Assembly: GCA_043826455.1 (NCBI GenBank)
Contig: JBDRQD010000031.1
Coordinates: 1-48,702 of the forward strand
Direction of reading: 5' to 3'
DNA from: Candidatus Bathyarchaeota archaeon
GTDB taxonomy: Archaea > Thermoproteota > Bathyarchaeia > TCS64
Length of the DNA: 48,702 nt
The notes under the pieces are model-generated. The model saw only the letters and a list, made by a program, of their open reading frames with translations, was not told the DNA's origin and did not search any database. A program made the position numbers and the translations under genes. Position 1 is the first letter of the stretch; each line of letters starts with the position of its first letter. Below are positions 48,002 through 48,702 of this stretch, piece after piece.

Positions 48002-48260
48002 AAGAGAAAAAATGGAATAAGAATAACATTAAAACGGTCCTTTCACTCCCCATTAGTATGTGGGTATGTGTTTAACTGCTTTTGAAATGGGGCGGATTTC
48101 CGCCTTCTTTTCGGATAGTCGCATTGTTCTGGATAAAAAGAAGGCTGATTCGGCCTTCTTTCTGACGAGCTAAACACGTACCTTGTATTTAATAAAATTA
48201 AAATAAATTCTTGAAATAATGTAGTTTTATTGTTTATATAAGTTATTTCACGGGAAAAAA

Positions 48261-48702
48261 ATGGTAAAGATGGTTATATGTATGCCTGTTTATAATGCAG
48301 GGGAGATAATAAAAGAGACAATGGAAAGCATCCTAAATCAAAGTTTTGAAGATTTTGAAATTATTATAACCGATGATAATTCCACCGACAATACATTTGA
48401 AAATGTAAAAAAAATAGATGATCCTAGAATCAAGTACTATATATTTAAAAAGAATGTTGGATATCCCAAAAATCTGGAAAGATGCATAAACAAATGGTCT
48501 AATTCTAGTGAGATACTGTTTCTAATGGGACAAGATGATATCCTTGCAAAGGGTACCTTGGAGAAAGTCAACAAGATTTTCGATGAAAATGAAAATGTGG
48601 GAGCCATAACAAGACCCTATTATTGGTTCCATGATGATATAAAAAAGCCGGTTAGGGCAAAGGACACTTATGATAAAAATAAGGATGCTATTATTTCAAT
48701 CG
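48261..48702 (+). CDS. GT2 glycosyltransferase, partial (runs off the window)
   Basis: MVKMVICMPVYNAG..ESILNQSFEDFEIIITDDNSTD..MGQDD. Confidence 0.88.
   Translation, partial: MVKMVICMPVYNAGEIIKETMESILNQSFEDFEIIITDDNSTDNTFENVKKIDDPRIKYYIFKKNVGYPKNLERCINKWSNSSEILFLMGQDDILAKGTLEKVNKIFDENENVGAITRPYYWFHDDIKKPVRAKDTYDKNKDAIISI

Overview
Archaeal genomic window; the gene set and order are TACK-like, and Bathyarchaeia is my inference. It has four parts. (1) ~195-7240: a housekeeping cluster (srp54, rpl21e, rpoF, DUF655, rpl10e, dph2, csl4, rpoL, DUF99, tfs, PCNA). (2) ~7300-31900: a ~25 kb defence island directly after PCNA. It holds two VapBC modules each paired with a ~118-bp repeat with a covarying hairpin, a C39 peptidase pair, a DUF2400-PD-(D/E)XK fusion and an AT-rich nuclease. 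Its core is a BREX-like hybrid operon (DUF499 ATPase-BrxL-PglZ-small protein) transcribed divergently from two tandem DUF1156 adenine methyltransferases. A beta-CASP nuclease, a wHTH-HhH glycosylase-like protein, RNase III, a tRNA-derived scar and an HsdM remnant follow. (3) ~32100-38200: an uncharacterised four-gene membrane cluster (DUF6754), a creatininase-family gene and small ORFs. (4) ~38400-end: a HEPN/MNT remnant and a surface-glycosylation cluster with an internally deleted IS that interrupts a tiny HTH gene. No CRISPR array, rRNA, intact tRNA or integrase was seen. Several single-base indels in short homopolymers may be sequencing errors. Family assignments come from motif recognition by eye, not from database searches.
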